A stretch of 64,000 nt of DNA from positions 46,128,001-46,192,000 of the forward strand of contig OX597819.1 in NCBI GenBank assembly GCA_951406725.2, given 5' to 3'. The stretch's first letter is position 1. Every line of letters starts with the position of its first letter. The translations under genes and the position numbers were made by a program. Shown piece after piece: positions 16,759 through 28,630 of this stretch. The DNA is from Octopus vulgaris. Its lineage: Eukaryota. The notes below the pieces were generated by a model, which worked only from the letters and a program-made list of their open reading frames with translations, was not told where the DNA came from and made no database searches.

Positions 16759-16950
16759 TCGCCATGATAGATCGCTAGCCACTAAGCCTTTTCTATTTTC
16801 TCTCCCTGTTTATTTCTGTGTTCCTTTCTGTCGAAGAGCGTAGGCTCGAAACGTAAAAGACTTTCTCAATTCCCGAGCGTTGAACTAATACATATGTTTG
16901 TTGTTTACATACCCGTCTTCGTCTTTTGTTTTTTTTGTAACTTCTCACTA
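16752..16950 (+). mobile_element. Short PLE pseudo-LTR-like element (family B) between (TA)n and (TATC)n
   Basis: Related copies at 24697-24836(+), 25228-25380(-) and 57940-58143(-). Confidence 0.7.
16824..16859 (+). ncRNA. Hammerhead ribozyme-like motif with A6U core
   Basis: cttt-CTGTCGA-a-GAGC-gtag-GCTC-GAAAC-GTA-aaag. Confidence 0.7.
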
Positions 16951-16952
16951 GA

Positions 16953-17014
<62 letters not shown>

Positions 17015-17015
17015 G

Positions 17016-17056
<41 letters not shown>

Positions 17057-17071
17057 CATATATATATATTG

Positions 17072-17840
17072 TATTGGCATCCTTTCTGTCTCGGGAGACA
17101 ATGGAGTTGCGCATGTTTTTTTTTGTTTTTTTTTTTTTTGTTTTTTGTAGTCTAGTCCGGATTTTATATTTCATGTCCTGATACATTTCCTGCTGTGGCT
17201 GTGTAGTCCTATCCTGGACAAACACTCCCTCTGGCAGGTACCGCAAATGTAGCGAAGACTGTTCCTGGCTGGTTGTAGTGCCATAGTCTCTTGTTTACGT
17301 CTCTTCCTTTCTTTCCATTTCTCCTCTCTCTCTCTGTCACTCTTTTGTATTCCCTCTTTTACTGTACGTCGCCATTCTCCACGGTTGCCGGCAACTGCCT
17401 CCCAACCGCTAATATTGATGTTGCAGGCCTTCATATCCCTTTTGCAAACATCCCTGTAACGTAAGATCGGTCTACCCACAGACCTAGTACCCCTAGCAAG
17501 CTCTCCGTAGAGTATGTCCTTGGGAATTCTGCCATCTTTCATACGGCTAACATGCCCAAGCCATCTCATACGTCTTTGTGTGAGGAGTGAAAACATGCTT
17601 GGTATTCCTGCTTGCCTGAGGACATCTTTGTTGGGGATATGATTCTGCCATTTGATGCGGAGGATTTTTCGGAGGCAGCGCAGGTGAAAGATGTTTAGGC
17701 GACGCTCTTGGCGTGTGTATAGCGTCCAGGTCTCGCTTCCATACAGTAGAGTGCTGAGTACACATGGTTGGTAGATTTTCATTTTCGTGGTCTTGGTCAG
17801 CTTATTGTTGTCCCAAGCCCGTTTGGAGAGCTGGGCCCAT
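17072..17840 (-). mobile_element. RTE-clade LINE 3' end, 5'-truncated, reading frame still open (17171-17840)
   Basis: KIYQPCVLSTLLYGSETW, FHLRCLRKIL, RMRWLGHVSRM, RIPKDILYGEL, GRPILRYRDVCKRDM, terminal CxxC..HxxxC finger; 3' UTR stem-loop tgtctc-cc-gagaca. Confidence 0.92.
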
Positions 17841-17896
17841 ACGAAAACCATACGAAAACCAACAATTTGACTTCTTCGAAAGTCCAATAGATCTGC

Positions 17897-18240
17897 CGGC
17901 TGTGTGGTAAGTAGCTTGCTTACCAACTACACGGTTTTGGGTTCTGTCCCATTGCGTGGCACCTTGGGCGAGTGTCTTCTACTGTAGCCTCGGCCCGACC
18001 AAAGCCTTGTGAGTGGATTTGGTAGACGGAAACCATATGTTTCTGTGTCTGTAATTGCCCCCCCCCCCAACATTGCGTGACAATGCTGGTGTGTTTGCGT
18101 TCACGTAACTTAGCGGTTCGCAAAAGAGAACGGATAGAATAAGTACTACGCTTACAAAGAGAAAGTCCTGGGGTCCATTTGCTCGACTAAAGACGGTGCT
18201 CCAGCATGGCCACAGTCAATTGACTGAAACAAGTAGAAGA
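17897..18240 (+). mobile_element. SINE family 2 copy
   Basis: ggctgtgtggtaagtagcttgcttaccaa..ccaaagccttgtgagtggatttggtagacggaaac..ggtgctccagcatggcc..gactgaaacaagta. Confidence 0.9.
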
Positions 18241-18781
18241 ATATATAGATTTATGTAACATATACTTTATGAAATGGGTATTAATCTATAAAAAGGATAT
18301 CAATCTATGAGTTATTTTTCTCTCTTTTCTCTTTTTTCGTTACGTGATTCACGAATAGGTCTTCGGTACCCCTTAGAAATGATTACTGATGAAATCGGTG
18401 CCAGAACTTCTTTTATAATTAAAACGCAATCTATCAGACTGTTTTGCCAAACCGCTAACTGAGCTGGACAAAAAAAAAAGAAAGAGGGGAGAAAAACGAA
18501 ATCAGAGAAGTAGGTGACATGCACAATGATATGTGACCCCATATACATGCGTGTGTGCGTATATGTGTGCGTGTGTGTGTGTGTGTGTATCTAGCTATCT
18601 CTCTTTATACACACAAGTCCCTCCACACATACACACACATACAAAGTTTCCATCTCCTAAATTTACTCACAACTCATTGGTTGGCCCAATGTGCAGCGCA
18701 GTAATATTGAACCCGAAAACACGCGGTTGTGAAGTGAACGCCTTAACACACAGAGTCATGGCATCGCTTACACACACACAA

Positions 18782-18818
<37 letters not shown>

Positions 18819-18866
18819 AATACACACATGTACGTACGTATATACAAGCATATGCACATGTATATT

Positions 18867-19077
18867 CTTGTACTATAGGCACAAGGGCCGAATTGTTGGG
18901 GTGGGAGATAGTCGTTCACTTCGACCCCAGTGCATGACAAGCACTTACGTTATTGACTCCAAAATGAGGAAAGGCAAAGTCGACCTCGACAAATTTTGTA
19001 CATAAAACCATAATGCCGGAAGAAATGCTGTTAAGCATTTTGTCCGGTTTACTAACGATTCTGCCAGCACACCGCCT
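18867..19077 (-). mobile_element. SINE family 1 copy
   Basis: tactataggcacaagg..aaggcaaagtcgacctc..ctaacgattctgccagc. Confidence 0.8.
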
Positions 19078-19160
19078 TCATATACATATATACATACACT
19101 TATTTCTAGCAATGCTGTGTTCTATGTCGTACCCTGATTATAAATTTTTTATAGTTATAC

Positions 19161-19275
<115 letters not shown>

Positions 19276-19358
19276 GTATGTATGCATGTATGTATGTATT
19301 TATGTATGTATGTATGTATGTATGTATAGGTATGATGTATGTATATATATGTAATATG

Positions 19359-19395
<37 letters not shown>

Positions 19396-19396
19396 T

Positions 19397-19427
<31 letters not shown>

Positions 19428-20009
19428 ATGTATATTTATATATTTACACACTATATGTATGCAAGTATGTATTGATTGATCGATTGATTGATTAACTGAT
19501 TATATTGATTAATAGTTGATCATATTTTTATCTCCTCGTCTATCTTCTAACGTATTTAGATATTTAGCGTCCGTATCTCAATTATCTCACCGTCGAAATG
19601 CTTGAATATCGATTTAACTATCTGAATATTTCTAAATCTCTCCATATATCTACATATCTATATAAGTAAATTGATACAGAGTGAGGGAGAGAGATGCACA
19701 CATGTAAACACACGAACATATGCACATGCACGCATATACTCAGGTGTTTGTCTGTCTGCCTGTCTGTCTGTCTGTATGTATGTATGTATGTATGTATGTA
19801 TGTGTGTATGTATGTATGTATGTATATATGTATGTATGTATGTATGTGTGTATGTATGTAAGCTAACAGTGCAAATTTACATCTCTTTGCGTCCTATATT
19901 CCAATCACTTTTCCTTCGTTAACATTTCGTGATGGTTCTCCGCTGCCTTTATTTTTACCCCCGAATATAGTAATTTAATTTATTAATACTTATCATTGCT
20001 AGGGTGCTT

Positions 20010-20270
20010 GTTTTAGAGGTTAGAGTGTTCGGCTCGCGATCGTATGGTCATGACTTCGATTCCTGGCGGCGTGTTGTATCCTTGAGCGAAAAAGTTTACT
20101 TCACGTTGCTGCAGTCCACCCGGTGTTGCAAAAAATGAGTCGAACATGTGATTCAAATTGCCAGCCTTGTCACTTTCTGTGTCACAATGAGAACCAGTTT
20201 AAGGGTTCGTGTACTTGTGGAGCAGGCTCAGTCCCTTGCATGTTAATTTCCGTTGAATGGATCAACTGAA
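20010..20270 (+). mobile_element. Old SINE related to family 3
   Basis: ggttagagtgttcggctcgcgatcgt..ttcgattcc head; tail resembles 61030-61200 (-). Confidence 0.6.
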
Positions 20271-21611
20271 CCAGCTATAGTTAGTTAATATCATTAAGAG
20301 TGAGGACACGTAGCCGGGTGGCTAGAGCACTGGGGTTGTTGAGCACAACACACCATTTCACACACGCGCGCACATACACACACATGTATCTATATGCTTG
20401 CACGCACACGCACTCATAAATACAGAGAGTGAATGTGAGATAGAGAAAGAGAGAAGGAAGGGAAGTAGAACGAGATTTAGAAAATAAATTCATTTATGCA
20501 TACATTCACAAATACATCATAAATGCTTATTTGTATATCTGTATACATCCATCGTCCAATTTCGTATGCGTCCTATCTATCTAGCACTTCAATTACGTAT
20601 ATATCTATCTTCAAATTATATATTTTACTATATCTATGTGTGTATATTCGGAGAGCGACAGAGATAGAAAGAGTCAGAGATGGAGATAGAAACAGAGAGA
20701 GTGAGAGAAATAGCTAGAGAATCTTTTTCTCTTCTTTTTCTCTCTCCGTATTTAGTGCAGCTACATTCCAAAGAAACATAGTATAGGAAAACTGAAACGA
20801 AAAGGTCATGCGGCCAAAATTTGGTTATCATCTTAACTTAACCCGGTATTGTTTAAGCTTTGGCTTAACAACGAGAATTCTAAAAGTGTTACATTCAGTT
20901 AGATTAATCACTCTCATACTTCGTTGAACACAACATCTCATTCTCGTGTTCTTGCCCTCCTGTTAAAATATAAAGACTGACAAGGGGAGGTGTTTGACGG
21001 AAGATGGTTAGAAATCATTCGCTTGAATAAATATTCAACAGGATTCGTTTCCGATGACATCCAAAAGGTTACGGACAGCGTACTGGCGTAACTGATAGCG
21101 TAGAACGGACGCGTGGAAATTTTCGAATACGAGGAAGCAAGTCACAAAAGCGAATGAATGCCTCTAAGGTGTTACTGTTTGCCAGTTTAATCTTTCAAAG
21201 TAAATCACAATTATTTCTAAATAGATGTTAATTTCTCCTTTTTGTGATCAATTTTGTAGCACTATATACATTTGCTTTCCGATTTGATCAAGTATCAGGT
21301 GAAAGAGCAGTTCTGTTTTCTTTGTTTAAATGATATCAAAAGCGTACGTAGGCACACACACACACACACATATACACATGCGCAGACGTTCTCACTTTGA
21401 CCAAAAGACAAACGCATACAGACATCTTCAGATATATACTCGTATATTCTTATTGAAACATCTAAATGTTCACCATACAAATTTCTACATACACACACGC
21501 ATATATATTATTTGATATGCATATTTCTACATAAAAGTATGTCTTTGTGAGGATGTGCAGATATATATATATATACATGTATACGTAATTACATTATATA
21601 TATGTATGTAC

Positions 21612-21685
<74 letters not shown>

Positions 21686-22020
21686 TATGAATATATATAT
21701 ATATATATGTATGTATGTGTGTATATATACACATATATCATGTGTGTATGCATATCTATATGCATGTTTACATAATGGTGATGATGATGATGAGGAGGAG
21801 GAGGATGATGGTGGTGGTGGTGGTGATGGTGGTGGGGATGATGATGATGATATAAGCTTACGCACACACAAACAGGCAAACACACACACATACACAAAAA
21901 CACACACGCATACACACACACGCACATATATACACACTTTTATATATTTTCATCCATACATGTATATATTTTCATGCATACAATCATACACGTACATGCA
22001 TGTGTATGTCTGTGTATGTC

Positions 22021-22077
<57 letters not shown>

Positions 22078-22904
22078 GAGAGAGAATGAGTGTGTGTATA
22101 CAAACGGATATGTCTTCTAACAAAAGCCGTGTGAAGAGTGTGATTACGCTGTTTAATCAATCATACGTTATTATACTCGATAGATCAGGTTTGTTACATG
22201 CCATATTCAATCGAAGAATGTAAAGAAATGGTTGTATCCTCCGAACAGTTCTCCTTCACTGATTATCACAATTCTAAATAAAGATGAAAGTGCCATTGTT
22301 AGCAATATTCTATATATGCTATTGTATATGGACTGGAGATAAAACGGATATGGGATTTAATTTGGATATGGTCTTGTTGTTTTGGCTCATTTGAAAAGAT
22401 TTTGACCTGATAACTGAGTCGATCAAAGAAACTTTTCATCATACCTTCCATCTATCTATTTGTGGTTTCGTATTATAGAATCCTTTGCTGTTCAGCCAAA
22501 TATACTGAGGCATGGTACACTCTGTACCTTGTTGAATGATACAGATAAAGAGAGGATAGTGTAGTAGAAAGGTCTTTTTCATTCTCTTTATTTTGCCCTA
22601 GCAGGTAATTACCAGACTTTATATGTGTTCATAAATATCTTAAATGTATATTACGTGAGTAATTTTATGTTAACTTATATTTAATGCGAGGAGCATTAAA
22701 GAAACTGACTAGAAACAATTATGCGTTGAGGAAAAATGATATTAGTAAATTATTTTGAATATTACTTGGAGTATGTCCTTCTCGGGGTCTATAAAATAGG
22801 ATGCGAGTCAAATACCGGAGTCGACTAAATCTACCATACCCCCACACAGAAATGTGTGGGCTTGTACCAATCTTAGGAATTGATATGAGAAATGGTATAA
22901 TTTT

Positions 22905-23741
22905 CAAATATTGCTATAGGGCCATCAGTTTTTGAGATGGTCAAGTCAATTACACAGACTCCAATACTTGATTGCTACTTCTTTTATCGACCTCGAAAGG
23001 ATAAAAGGGAGAATTGATCGTAGCAGAATTTGAGCTCAGAACGTAATGATAGTGAAATACCACTAAGAGATTTGTCTGGCGTGCTAAGGATTCGGCCAGC
23101 TCGCAAACTTATGAATTTATATAATAACGATTTCAATTTTTGGCACGAGGCCATTAATTTCGGGGGTAGGAGTAAATTGATTACACTAACTCCAGTACTT
23201 GACTGGTATTTACTTTATCGACCCCGAATGAATGAAAGCAGAGTCGACCTCAGCGGAATTTGAACTCAAAACAAAAAGACGGATGAAATGCCGCTAAACA
23301 TTAACCCGGAGTGCTCATCGCCTAAGGAATTTACATAATAATCCTTTCCACTTCAGACACAAGGTCTGGAAATTGTGGAGAGGGCGATAGTCGATCACAT
23401 CGGCCCCAGCATTTGACTGCTACTTAATTTAACAACCCCGAAAGGATGAAAGAAAAAAGTCAACCTCGGCAGAATTTGAACTCAGAACGTAAAGACGGAC
23501 GAAATACCTATTTGTTTACTACCCACAACGGGCTAAACACGGAAGGGACAAACAAGGACAAACAAATGGATTAAGTCGATTATATCGACCCAAGTGCGTA
23601 ACTGGTACTTATTTAATCGACCCCGAAAGGATGAAAGGCAAAGTCGACCTCGGCGGAATTTGAACTCAGAACGTAGCAACAGAGGAAATACTGCTGAGCA
23701 TTTCGCCCGGCGTGCTAACGTTTCTGCCAGCTCGCCGCCTT
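22905..23741 (-). mobile_element. Head-to-tail SINE family 1 array including a composite unit (23343-23741) with an 18-bp TSD
   Basis: aggaatttacataataat at 23325-23342 and 23743-23760. Confidence 0.85.
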
Positions 23742-24709
23742 GAGGAATTTACATAATAATAACAATGGAATTCTCATGGCACTGCTAATGTTAATTATTA
23801 CGAAAAGTACGAATTGCAACGTCATTCATGTTTCGCTCTCATCAGAGAAGCAAAGACTTTCATTATCGTACTTCGTGAAGTAGCAGTGACAAAAGAATTA
23901 GTAACAAAAGAATCGGGAAACATAAAAATGTACATTCCTGACAGAGAGAAATTGTTTCATGAATAACTGTCATAGAGACGCTATCTTGCGAAATATTTCG
24001 CTCTTCATGCACGAAATACCATGCAAGTCAACTTCAAATCACATCCCACCGAATTACCAAGTAAGGAAATTTTAGTTGGTGACGACCACAATACCATTAA
24101 TTAGAGATCTTTCGAAAAAAAACTAAAGTGAAAACTAAATAACAAGAACAGCGACAAATATTTTAGTCTCCCGCCACCAATTATTTTTTTTTATGTTGAT
24201 GGGATTTTGAATCGATTTACTTTAATGATAAATTCATATCTCAATCGAACCTCTGTAAATATTATTTTCAGCTAATCCTATTTTCGTTGTTGTCATGTGC
24301 CGTACACTTACAGCGCTTTGATGACATTACAAAAAAAACCTTCCCGATAAAAACGCGGATCTTCCCATCGGACGCATCGATCTGACATTCTCACAATGTT
24401 TTCATGACAGAGATATTGAGGTGGTTTGGCATTTCCTTCCGCAAACGTGATACTTCAGAATATGTAATCTTAAAATACAACCTGACAAACAACTGGTAAC
24501 TGCTTATATTGGAAGATTTGCTCAATAAAGCTCTTCACATATAGGCGCTCTGCAACCACATGTTCCAGCTTTCATTCCAACTGTGTGCCACGTTGCGCAA
24601 GTGTCTTCTGATACAACCCTCGACCTGGACAATATCTTCTAAGTGAAATTAGTAGACGGAAACACTCTGGAAGCCCGTCGTATTTATGTATGTATATTTT
24701 CTCTTATTC

Positions 24710-24745
24710 CTTTCTGTTGAAGAGCGTAGGCTCGAAACGTAAAAG
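24710..24745 (+). ncRNA. Hammerhead-like motif, family B (A6U), in element 24697-24836
   Basis: cttt-CTGTTGA-a-GAGC-gtag-GCTC-GAAAC-GTA-aaag. Confidence 0.7.
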
Positions 24746-24836
24746 ACATTCTCACCTTCTCCAGCGTAAAACTAATACACCTGCTTGTTGTTCATACACC
24801 TGTCTTCGTCTTTTGTTTTTCTGTAAATTTCAGCTA

Positions 24837-24888
<52 letters not shown>

Positions 24889-24889
<1 letters not shown>

Positions 24890-25191
24890 GTGCAATCGCC
24901 CAGTGGTTAGGGCAGCGGACTCGCGGTCGTAGGATCGCAGTTTCGATTCCCAGACCAGGCGTTGTGAGTGTTTATTAAGCGAAAACACCTAAAGCTCTAC
25001 GACGCTCCGGCTCGGGGTGGTGGTGATCCCTGCTGTACTCTGTCACCACAACTTTTTCTCACTCTTTCTTCTGTTGGCCTGCTCGCTTAGCCTGCGGGGT
25101 GGCGTCATTTGAAAGCTAAAACAATGCGAAGCGCATTGTGACCAGCGATGTGTAGCAACATCTGATAGCCTGGTCGGTCATGGTGATCACG

Positions 25192-25196
<5 letters not shown>
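24889..25196 (+). mobile_element. SINE family 3, near full length
   Basis: tRNA-like head plus tail ..catctgatagcctggtcggtca.ggtgatcacggtga; the tail also occurs at 45315-45436 (-). Confidence 0.9.
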
Positions 25197-25231
<35 letters not shown>

Positions 25232-25316
25232 GAATTTACACAAAAAAACAAAAGACGAAGACGGGTGTGTAACAGCAAACAGATGTATTAGTTTAACGCT
25301 CGGGAAGTGTGAAATT

Positions 25317-25352
25317 CTTTTATGTTTCAAGCCTACGCTCTTCTACAGAAAG
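25317..25352 (-). ncRNA. Degenerate hammerhead-like motif, family B, in element 25228-25380
   Basis: Minus strand cttt-CTGTAGA-a-GAGC-gtag-GCTT-GAAAC-ATA-aaag. Confidence 0.55.
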
Positions 25353-25395
25353 GAACACAGAAATAAACAGGGAGAGAATATATATATATATATAT

Positions 25396-25660
25396 ATATA
25401 CTTTATTTAAAGCAGCAGAAAATTCAACAAAATCTGTTACTCTGAGCTTCTCGTTGCCGTTCATCAGACAGTTTTTGCTAGAATGGAACCGATATATCAT
25501 CGATTCCATTCTAGCAAAAACTGTCTGATGAACGGCAACGAGAAACTCAGAGTAACAGATTTTGTTGAATTTTCTGCTGCTTTAAATAAAGTATATTACT
25601 CTACCACTGGTATTTGAGTACTCTTTTTTCCACCTTGTTTCACATTTATGTGTTTACTCC

Positions 25661-25662
<2 letters not shown>
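25396..25662 (+). mobile_element. Fold-back (palindromic) hammerhead element, family A, copy 1
   Basis: 25396-25596 is an inverted repeat with about 98-bp arms, 2 mismatches and a 5-nt loop, followed by a 66-bp unpaired tail; flanked by (TA)n on both sides. Confidence 0.9.
25521..25558 (+). ncRNA. Minimal type I hammerhead ribozyme (family A); mirror copy on - strand at 25434-25471 has GAAGC instead of GAAAC
   Basis: ctgt-CTGATGA-a-cg-gcaa-cg-a-GAAAC-tcaga-GTA-acag: stem I ctgt/acag, short stem II with GNRA loop, palindromic stem III ACTC-a-GAGT, AATAAA about 27 nt downstream. Confidence 0.78.
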
Positions 25663-25696
<34 letters not shown>

Positions 25697-25731
25697 ATGT
25701 ATTATGAAGAGAGAACGGGGGAGAGAAAGAG

Positions 25732-25802
<71 letters not shown>

Positions 25803-26466
25803 TAGATGTGTGCATGTATATGTATATATATGCGTCTCTTTTATGTATGTGCTTGACAACCGGTGTTCCGGTGTTTGTTTGTTTACGTCCTGGTCACTTA
25901 CTGACTGGGTGTTGTGGCCGATAGAAATACAAAACTCAAGTACTGAAGTAGATTTTTCTCACTAAAATTTTCGAGACAGTAGCCTTCCATGGCCGTAATC
26001 TTATAACTAATACATTTAAACGATAAAAGATATGTTTCCAAGAGCTTTTCCAATCCAATTCTCTCATGTCTCCTTTTTGACGTTAGATACTCCACTAGAT
26101 GTCTGTCTGTTTGTCATTTTGTGTTTGTTTTTTACTAATCACTAAGTGATGCATTGCTCTGTCAGAGGATGATTTTCTTGCTAGTTCTTCAAATAATGTG
26201 GGGGAAATGTATGAGGAAAAACCATGCCTGATGAAAGTAGGGGGTATTGCATCAAGCGGATGCAAGCATCACTGAGAAGGTTAAGAATTCATTATTCAGC
26301 CATGAGGTCTCGGTTTCAATTCCTCGAACGATCGAAGTCATGTGCGTGAATTTGAAAAGAAGATAAGTTCGTCAGTTAGGCTGTACCTGTCATATAAAGG
26401 TCTAGACTTGGAACATTTGTGTCACTCTAACTGAGAATTATATTAATGGTACATATATGTATGGAA

Positions 26467-26670
26467 GGCGGCGGCAGGCAGAATCGTTAGCACGCCGGGC
26501 GAAATGCTTAGCTGTATTTCGCCTGCCGTTACGTTCTGAGTTCAAATTCCGCCGAGGTCGACTTTGCCTTTCATCCTTTCGGGGTCAATTAAATAAGTAC
26601 CAGTTACGGTGATTCGTCTGTCCTTCTTTGTCCTCTCTGTGTTAAGCCCCTTGTGGATAGTAAAGAAATA
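26467..26670 (+). mobile_element. SINE family 1 (tail B) with 19-bp TSD, inserted in an older SINE
   Basis: ggtacatatatgtatggaa at 26448-26466 and 26671-26689. Confidence 0.92.
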
Positions 26671-27030
26671 GGTACATATATGTATGGAATACTACCCACT
26701 TGTCACGGTAATTCAATAAGCAGTTTGCTCAGTTGATCGAACAACTGGAAACTCATTTGACAAAATCAACGTGGGAGATCATCATCAGAGCATCAAATTA
26801 CAGGTACAAGAGAAAGTTTTCGTGCACTGATGTTCCACAACTCTTACAATCTGTAGTAATTTCGTGCAGGAAATTCAAATTCCTATGGTCACTAATCTAG
26901 TTTAATAGATGGCCCTGTTTTATACAACTCTACACAGTACTATATTAATAAACTTGTGTCATTTATATTGATGCATGGGTACTTCTATTTCCTTTAAATA
27001 TTTAAATGAATTTAATATTTATTTAATTTA

Positions 27031-27186
27031 GGCGTAGGAGTGGCTGTGTGGTAAGTAGCTTGCTTACGAAACACAAGGTTCAGTCCCACTGCGTGGCACC
27101 TTGAGAAAGTGTCTTCCACTATAGCCTCGGGCCGACCAAAGCCTTGTGAGTGGATTTGGTAGACAGAAACTGAAAGAAGCCTGTCG

Positions 27187-27219
<33 letters not shown>

Positions 27220-27465
27220 ATATATGTGTGTGTGTGTATGTGTATATGCTTGTGTGTCTGTGTTTGTCTCCAACATCGCTTGACAACCGATGTTGGTGTG
27301 TTTACATCCCCGTAACTTTGCGGTTCGGCAAAAGTGACCGATAGAATAAGTACTAGGCTTACAAAGAATAAGTCCTGGGATAGATTTACTCGACTAAAAG
27401 GCGGTGCTCCAGCATGGCCACAGTCAAATGACTGAAACAAGTAAACGAGTAAACGAGTAAGAGAG
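27031..27465 (+). mobile_element. SINE family 2, full length, with internal (TA)n(TG)n
   Basis: ggcgtaggagtggctgtgtggtaag head, internal microsatellite, (gagtaaac)n-type tail. Confidence 0.92.
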
Positions 27466-28599
27466 AGATCAACCAAGGTTCGAAAAAGGCAGAAAGTTGG
27501 AAAGCATTTAAAAAACTAGGTTTTGCTTGTGTCAAGTTATTGCTAGACCAGTAAGAACAGTCTGAATGTTTGAAGCATAGTGGACTCCATTAAAGGCAAC
27601 AACTAGCAGCAATCTTATCAGCAGTTACTTGATTTTCAGGAAAATATACTTGTCATTAATCTTGCTATTATACAAGCGAGTTGAAGATAAAGAAAATTAC
27701 AGCAACTGACAGTGAGTTGGAAACGATCATATGATATGTAACGATTGGTGAAAGATATGAAAACGACTGAATGGATTCTGAGATAACACAAAACAAACAA
27801 AATATGACAGTGAACAAAATGTTGGTTGGAATAGATAAAATAAATATCAAGATATGAAGCTCAAAAAAGAAATACAATAAAAGCCTTTTCGCCCAGCAGT
27901 GAGAAATCATCATCGGCTTTGAGTGAGTAGTATAGAGGTGACTTTTTAAAGAGTTAATAGCCAAAATTTATATATAGGTACATATAAGTCGTACATATAT
28001 ATGTAGGTACATATAAGTCTAAACAAGTTTTTAAAAAATATATAGATTAGACATAGAACTTTGAATAGGAAGAATTCATAAAGAAATTCTATATCACATG
28101 AAACGCTGAGATAGTGACCAGACGTGAGGAAACCAAAAACGAAGCAACATAAAGAAAAAGACAAAGCGATATACACATATTGTAAAGTTTCATAAACCAA
28201 AATGAATTAATAATTTAGTAAACTATAATATAATAAGGAATTTGAATTTTAAAAATGTAAACAAGATATTTTCACTATAGCTGAAATAATTTCCTCTGTG
28301 TTGCAAAAAGGCAATAGAAGAAGAAACGTTAATAAAAGAAGGAACATTTACATAAATATTAATTTTGAGTATATTTTAATTAGGGAAACGACATGCGAAT
28401 AGAAAAGTATTGAAGCGAAACGATATCACCGTATTAAGGAAACAGGACAATGAAAAACCCGTCTATATGTTCAAAATTAAGCTAATTGATATTCAAACAG
28501 TTTTTAAAATATAACTAAATATAATGTTGCGTGTACATACATATATGTATAAACACATCATCTCTCTCTCTCTTCTCTCGCTCTCTCTCTCTCTCTCTC

Positions 28600-28630
<31 letters not shown>

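Noticed and set aside
17841-17926. N-terminal part of the 251-aa ORF as a real start
   Set aside because: Derives from the adjacent SINE head and junction filler; the LINE is 5'-truncated and lacks the RT core.
24889-24955. tRNA genes at SINE heads
   Set aside because: A/B boxes are present but no clean cloverleaf, and each continues into a SINE body.
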